A program made the position numbers and the translations under genes. From Parvularia atlantis (lineage: Eukaryota), in the NCBI GenBank assembly GCA_943704415.1, contig CALSCO010000043.1, positions 1 to 64,000 of the forward strand: 64,000 nt of DNA, given 5' to 3'. Position 1 is the first letter of the stretch, and the number at the start of each line of letters is the position of its first letter. The notes under the pieces were generated by a model. It saw nothing but the letters and a program-made list of their open reading frames with translations, was not told the DNA's origin and did no database searches. Positions 57,260 to 64,000 of the stretch are shown piece by piece.

Positions 57260-60200
57260 ATGCCGGCGAAACGCGCGCCGCCTGCGCCGCCGCGCGCCCC
57301 GGCCGCGCTCGAGCCCATCCCGCTCGGCGACGGCGCGCCGGCCGCGCTGCGTGCGCCCGCCGCGGCTACGTCGGCGACGAACGGCACCAGCAAGCGCCCG
57401 CGCACCGATGGCGACGTGCCGGACGAGCTCGTCGACCTGCCCGACGAGGCGCGTCGTGACCGGCCGCTGCCCGCCCGCCGTCTGACGCGCGCGGCGGGCG
57501 CCAGGCGCTGAAGGCGGACGAGGAGCGGGCGGCGGCGCTAGTGACACAGGCCGTGCAGCTGCTGCGCCAGGCGGGGCCGCCGGGATTGCGCCCGCTCACG
57601 TTCCTGTACGTCGCGCTCGTCGTCGTCGCGCGCAAGCGGCCAGCTCTGTTCCGCGTGCCGTCGGTGCGCCGTGTGCCGCGTCATGTGCGGGCCGCGCTGA
57701 ACGGGCGCGCACAGGTGCTGCTCGCGTGCATGGCCGTGCTGCGCGCACCCGCCGGTGCCCGCACGAGCGCCCCACTCGCCGCGACCGTGTGCAACGCGCT
57801 GCTCGCCGCGTTCGACGGCGTCAAGCTCTGGCCTGAGGAGTTTGTGCACGCGTACCTCGACGTGCGTGCGGCTGGTGAGCGCGTCGTGCGCGGCCTGACC
57901 CTCGCGCAGGACGCGGCCGGCGAGCGCGCCTGGGTCGACCAGCCCGACTGCGCGCGCTTCGTCGACAACGTGCTGACGGCCTTCCCGGGGGCGTCGTCGC
58001 TCGACCGCAGCGCCGTGGTCGCGGCCACGCGCGCGACGGGCGACTCGCTGCACCGCCGCGTCGTGACGCAGCAGCTCACGGGGCGCGCGCGCGCGGGCAA
58101 CAACAGCGACGACGGCGGCTACCAGCGCATGGACGTCGACAGCGGCGACGACGCCGCGCTCGCCTCGTCCTCATCGACCTCGCCTGCGGCCGGCGACTGG
58201 CTGGCGTACCGCTACGTCGACGGCGACCTGCAGCAGCGCATCCGCCAGTACGCCGTACGCTGCGTCGACAGCCTGGCGCAGCGCACGTTTGTCGGTGACA
58301 TGATGCAGCGCAACCTGCTGCGCCTGCTGATTGTGACGTCTGGGTGCGCACCGGCGTGCACGTGAAACGGCTAGCACGCGCTCACCTGCAGCGTGAACAG
58401 CTTTGCCGAGACCATGCCCGTGGCCGCGCGCAACCTCGACGCCTGGCTCGGCAACGCAAGCACGGCGCGGCTGGCACGCGAGCTGCGGGCGCGCATCGTG
58501 CGCAACTGCGTAGCGATGGCCGAGCCCGAGCAGGTGCTGTGCGCCGCGGTGCATGCCGCCGCACGCTGACGCGCTGTGACGCCGCAGGAGACGATCCGGG
58601 CGATGCTGCTGATTCGCCCGCGGCCCGGCGCCGCGCCCGACTCGGACGAGCACTTTGAGATGCTCGGCCAGCTGCTGCGCAACAACGACGAGTACCCCGT
58701 GCGTCTGACCAGCAGTGCATGCCTCGTGCCACGGCCACCGACGAGCGCGTGCGCGCGCGCAGATGTTTGCGGCGTACCACGCGATCATGAGCGAGCTCCA
58801 GGCGGCCAAGAACACGTCGACAGCGCAGACCGGTGCCGGCAGTAACGCACGGCGGCCCGTGTCGGCGCACACGATCCGGCTGATGGGCCTAATTGTGCCG
58901 CTGCGGGTGTCGCCGACGTGCAGCTACATCGGCAACCTGTTCCAGGTGTGCCGCGTGACGGCCGCACGCCGCAACCGCTCAGCACTGCTCGCAGAACGTC
59001 ATGGCGGCGTCGGTGCACCTGCTGCCGGTCGCGCTCGCCCTGCTCGAGCGGCTGGCGCAGGTGACGGCGCTTGACTACGTCGCGTTCAACGAGGGCTTGC
59101 TCAACCTCAACTCGTCCACGTCGTCGCCCGCGGGCACGCTGGCGGCATGGCTCGACGCGCTCAAGCAGCTGCACGGCGTGGCCAGCGCAGGCCTGGCGGC
59201 GCAGCCGCTGACGGCGGGCGAGGATGCGCGGCGGCAGCAGTGGCAGCGGATGCAGCGGTCGGGCATGGTGTTCCTGCACTACCTGACGCGCACGGCCCCG
59301 TCCACGAAGGGTGGATGCTCACTGGTGCACGCGGCCGCTGCTGACAACGAATCTGCACAGCGCTCAGCACCGTCCAGACGCTGTACGGCAGCGTGCCGCT
59401 GGACGACTTTCTTGCGCTGTTCCGGTGCGATCGTGGGCCATCGCACGCACGGACGGCTCTCTCACATGCGTGGGGCCGGCGCGTGCCAGCAAGCTGCTTG
59501 GCTTCGAGACCGCCCAGCTGGAGTCGACCGCCAAGCGCGATCCCGGGCGCGTCACGTTTGACGTGCGTCGCATGGGAGCGGTTGCAGCGTTGCTGACCGG
59601 CTCGCAGGACGCGCCCCTGGACGAGGTCGTGCTGCGCTGTGCGCTCGAACTGCCGCTGCCAAAGGTGCCCTGCTGCTGCGGCGGGCAGCCTGTGCAGTCC
59701 TGAGCGCCGTCGCGTCGCAGGCGTCCGTGATGCTACTGCTCGAGTACCTCGTGCGCCGCGGGTGCATGGCGATGCTGCCCCGTACCGCCGGTGCGCATGA
59801 GGCGGCTGGTGTGCAACATGCCCTGAACTGCGGCCGCGATGCGCAGGTGCACCACCGCCCGCTGCGCCTCCGTTCACGCCGGCCGTGGCGACGAGCGTCA
59901 TCCGCGACATCCTCGCCCTGACCGTCGTCCCAGTCGAGCACACCAGCCGCCTGTTTTGCGACGCCGCGCTGTTCTGGCGCGCGACGCTGATACTGTGCCT
60001 GCTGGCCGCGATCAGCCCGGAGGTCTTTGGTGCGCAGCTGTGGCAGGGCAACCCGACGATCCGGTGCGCGCTGGGCTGCTCCGTCGCCCTTACCGCGCTG
60101 ACGTCGCCGCAGCGGGATGATGGAGATGATGATCACGCGCGTCTTTAGCGTCGGCGCTGTCGGCAGTCAGGGCACCGGCGTGACCGAGGCGCAGCTCGCA

Positions 60201-63200
60201 CGCGAGGAAAGCGACGCCACCGCGGGTGCGCTGTCCGCACGTGCGACGGCCGCCAACGGCCGCTGACCGCACCGCGGCAGTGTTCCTCACGACGCGCACG
60301 GGCGATGACGTGACGCGGCTGATGTTCTTCGACCCACACGGCGCACGACGCGTCCCGCCCGAGACCACCTGCCAACTGCTCGAGCGGGTGCGCGCTCGCT
60401 TGTGGTGCTGCGTGGCGCGGCTGAGCGCATGTGTCGCCGCCAGGCAACGAATGGCTTCAAGCTCGGCGCGCGTCTGTGCACGTGCCGTGAGCCCGACTAC
60501 CTCGAGCAGCTGTCGCAACGCGGCGCGGCGGGTGCGGAAGGCGCGGCGGCCTGGCTTGGGCCCATGATCGCAGCCGACGCGAGCATGCTCGACTATCTGC
60601 CGATGAGCTCGCTCTACCCGCTCGCGCTGGTGTGCCGCTGCCGTCTGCACGTTTGCCATACGCTGAGCACCACACAGGACCTGGTGGAGAAGGAGCTCGC
60701 GGCGACTGGGGGCGCGAGCAACGAGTCGCTCCAGCAGCGCATCGTCGGCAAGCTGCGCACCGAGGCGCTGCACGAACCGCTCAAGTGCGTGCAAGCGAAC
60801 GCGTGTCGAAGCGCGAGCTCAGCAGCGCGATGCAGTGACGGAACAGCGGCGCTGCTCACGACCGCGCTGCAGGGCTTGGCCTCGGCGGTGCCCGGGCGCC
60901 GCTCGGCGACCGAGACGCTGCTGCGCTCGCTCGTGGGTCAGCTGGACGGCGACTGGCTGGATGCGTTCAGCAGCACACCGGCGCGCACGCAGCTGCTTGT
61001 ACCGGCGCTGGTGAGTGCACTGTCGTTCGAGACGCGCGTGCCAGTGGCGCGACGCTACACGGCCGCCCTCGCCGCACACCGCGACGCGCTGTCGATCGAG
61101 CACATGGACCGGCTCGCGGCACTCCCTCGGTTGCGTCCGCTGCTGCTCAAGGCGCTGCTGGCGTCCGGCGAGGTGCGCTCTCGCGGGCCGCATTGCGCTC
61201 GCGGTGCTCACATGGTCGACACAGGACACATCGCTCGCGTGGTCAGCACTCGCCAGCACGGCGATGCGCCGACAGACGCAGGTGGGCCTCATGATGGCGC
61301 TGGACCTGCACCACGCACGACCCAGCACGGCTTTCGAGCAGCTGCTGCAAGCCGCGCCGTCAATCGAGATCGAGACGTTTGCCGCCGCGAGCGTGGAGAA
61401 CGCGCGTCGGCTCGTGCTGAGCGGCCTACCGGGGCTCGTGCCCGCTGGCTTGCGTCTGCTGAGTGCAAGTGCGTGTCCGGTTGCGCCGCTGGACGCGAAT
61501 CCGCTGATGCGCCGCCGCCGCCAGATCAGCAGCTCGACCTGCTGCAGGTCGCCGCCGTCTGGACCCGTGATGCCGCGGCAACCGCGCTCCTCGCCGCGCT
61601 CGACCGCCAGGTCCCAGCCGCAACCGCGCCGATCACGGCGTCGGCTGCGTGCACGACCCAGCAGCGTCTCTCGGCGTGGCGCTCAGCACGCCCCAACACC
61701 CCCGGGCACGCCTTCAGCGCCTGGCTGTCCGCTCACATGCCAGCGCCGCCAGCACCGACGGCCAGCACGACGATGCACACCGACGAACGCGTGACGGCCC
61801 AGACGCGGTTGCACGCATGGTCGACTGACATGGACCTGGCGACGCATGCGGCTACTGCGTTGGCTCAGCCGAAGGCGCCGCCGCTGCACGTACGCACGGC
61901 ACGGGTGCACTATCGGCGCGGGCTCACGCCGCGGTGGCGCGCGCAGATCGTTCGCCTGACTGTCAAGCTTGCAGGAACCGAGGCTGCACTGCAGTCACAA
62001 GCAGCGGGCCTGCTTGGTTTGGCGCGCGATGGCACGACGGCATGGGCGACGGTTGATCTGCTGGCGAGGCTGGCGGGGCAGCAGGCGCCGACTGGGCCGC
62101 GCAGCCGCACGCGTTCGCAGCGCGGCAAGTCGGGGACTGAGGCGCTGCGACAGGACCGTGCGAGCGAGGGCGCGTGGCAGCGGCTTCTCGGGGCGCTCTT
62201 TCATCGCGCGAGTGCCGGCGAGCCCTGGCACCGATCGCGCGCCCTCGAGTTGCCGAACGACGCGTCTGGTGTGCAGCACGTGCTGCCTGCGCTGCAAGAC
62301 GCACTCCTCGCGTGCTGCACGACCCCGCACACCGTCATTGACGACCCGCAGACGCGTCTGCGCGCTGTTTCGCGCCTGCGCTGGGTGGCGCCGTGGCTGC
62401 TGCACTCGTCGAGCTGGTCGGACATCACGCGCTTCCTGGCTGACGCCCTGCGGCCGCCCACGCCCGTGCCGATGCCGCTCTCGCCGACGCTCGTGCTCGA
62501 CGCGACAACGGCGGCCCTGCGGCACCCGCGCAGCCTGCTGCCGCTCGTGGCGTCGTTCGCCGCGACCAACAGCCGCGCGGAGCAGACGATGTGGACGGAC
62601 GTCGTCGGCGGGCGTCAGGGCAGCGCCGAGGCGGTACCGAGCGTGCTCAGGATCCTGCGCAAGAGCAGCGGCAGCGACGGGCGCCCGCACGCTGTGCTTG
62701 AGACGCTCGCGCAAGCGGTCTTCCAGGAGCAGGTGCAGGCGCAGCACGACGTGCGCGGCCGTCTCGGGCTGCTGCTGCACGTCACGGGCGGGCGGGCTGA
62801 GCTGACAGCAGCGGTGCGGAGGACGTGGACGCAGCTGCAGACGGCGAGCGCGGGCGACGCTCGAGCCGTGGCTGCACGTCTCGTGGCCGACTGGGACGCG
62901 TGGACGGGCATGGACGCGGCTGCGCCGGGGACGGTGAGCCTGCTCCGCCCGGACGCGCTGTGCACGACGCACGAACTGATCGCGACCATGTTCCTTGACA
63001 CGTCGCCGGACCACGTCCGCGCGGCGAGCGCGTACGCCTGGCTGCGGCGCATCGGGACCAAGCGCCCGCGAATGCTGCTTGCGTGCCTGCCCGCCATCGC
63101 CGCGCTGCTCGACGGCACAACCGACGTGACCGTACCCGAGTTTGTCAAGCGACATCACCACACCGTGTTCTTCCAGCTCGTGAGCCTGCTGGACGTGTGC

Positions 63201-64000
63201 CCGGCCGCCGAGCTCTTCCGCGCGCAGAACGAGCCGGCGCTGTCGCAGGTGCTGCAGCGCCTCGTCGACATGTTTGCGATGCTGCACCGCTACAGCCTCG
63301 GCGCATCGCCGACCGTGCCCCTGCGCCAGTTTGCGGTGCTCGTGAGCCGCGTCGCGCAGCTGCTGGCGTTGTACGTGCGCGAGTTCCCGCACCGTGCGCT
63401 CGTCTTCTTCGCGCACGACAATGTGCTCGTGCTCGTCGGTGCCCTCGGCCTCTTTGCGGACGTCGTGCCACTGCAACAACTCGTTGCGAGCCTCACGGCG
63501 ATGAGCGGCGCGCCGACGCAGCTCGCGAGCGTCCCGCCCGAGCTCGTCAGCCGCACGCGCGCGACCCTGCTCCTGCCCTCGCCTGCCCTGCACAACGCGC
63601 TCTCGGCCGAGCAAGTCGAGACGCTGACGGCGACGCTGCAGGACGTCGACCGGGTGACGCTGCACATGCCCGAGATGCTCGACGTTTTTGCCGACGCCCT
63701 TCTCATGCTCGTGCGGGTGCCCGAGCGCCTCTGGGACAGCGCGCTGTGCAAGCACGCTTGGAAGCTACTGCACCGGCACGCGCTGCAGGGTGATCGCGGC
63801 GCGCGCAACGTCGCCCGCTGCTTGCACGACTGCATCGCCGCGGGCTCAAGCTCGGCGCAGGAGGTCGCGGCGGACATGCTCGTGTTCTGCACTGCTGGTG
63901 CGCGCGAAGCCGTTTGAGCATCGCTGGTCTGACCCGCGCGCGCACAGACGAGTGCAAGCAGATCGTCCGCCTGCTGTTTGCAGCGCAGCCGCGCCAGGCA
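57260..64000 (+). CDS. INTS1: Integrator complex subunit 1 (3' end beyond window)
   Basis: WPEEFVHAYLD|DAAGERAWVDQPDCARFVDNVLTAF; RNLLRLL..G|FAE..NLDAWL; FFDPHGARRVPP; LCTCREPDYL; LRRIGTKRPRMLLACLPAIAALLDG. Confidence 0.88.

Noticed and set aside
1..64000. Stop-codon reassignment or programmed frameshifting as the reason for fragmented ORFs
   Set aside because: The breaks checked resolve as short GT/GC-AG introns and genes end in TGA, TAG or TAA; exceptions are the decayed retroelement and the SAM-TIR site.

Overview
Eukaryotic nuclear DNA, roughly 70% GC, very gene-dense (about 24 protein-coding genes) with many short spliceosomal introns (mostly 50-75 nt; donor GTGCG-like, branch CTGAC/CTCAC, acceptor (G/A)CAG). 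Most long ORFs in the six-frame track are intron-broken or antisense shadows; gene models below were spliced by eye. Content: tail-anchored ACBP-domain protein, SAM-TIR protein, DUF1752/two-finger GATA factor, PIGN/MCD4, YciI-like protein, a decayed L1/Tx1-type retrotransposon, long-chain alcohol oxidase, PKA regulatory subunit, NDUFB2, ILKAP-like PP2C, DEAD-box helicase, orphan 7TM protein, Avo2-like ankyrin protein, Tom20, FYVE-PH protein, POLDIP2, two diverged tandem paralogs of unknown function, ornithine-carrier-like SLC25, Mpo1, HPRT, dual hybrid histidine kinase, FATP, RCL1, Cdc123-like ATP-grasp, a greatly enlarged mS23-like protein, amidase and INTS1 (runs off the end). Fungal-type genes next to genes lost in yeasts suggest an early-branching holomycotan opisthokont (inference). 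Best candidates for novelty: the SAM-TIR gene with an intact catalytic Glu, a PKA-R with a transmembrane anchor instead of a docking domain, the orphan paralog pair, the split giant mS23, and frequent GC-AG introns. Family assignments rest on motif recognition only; no searches were run.
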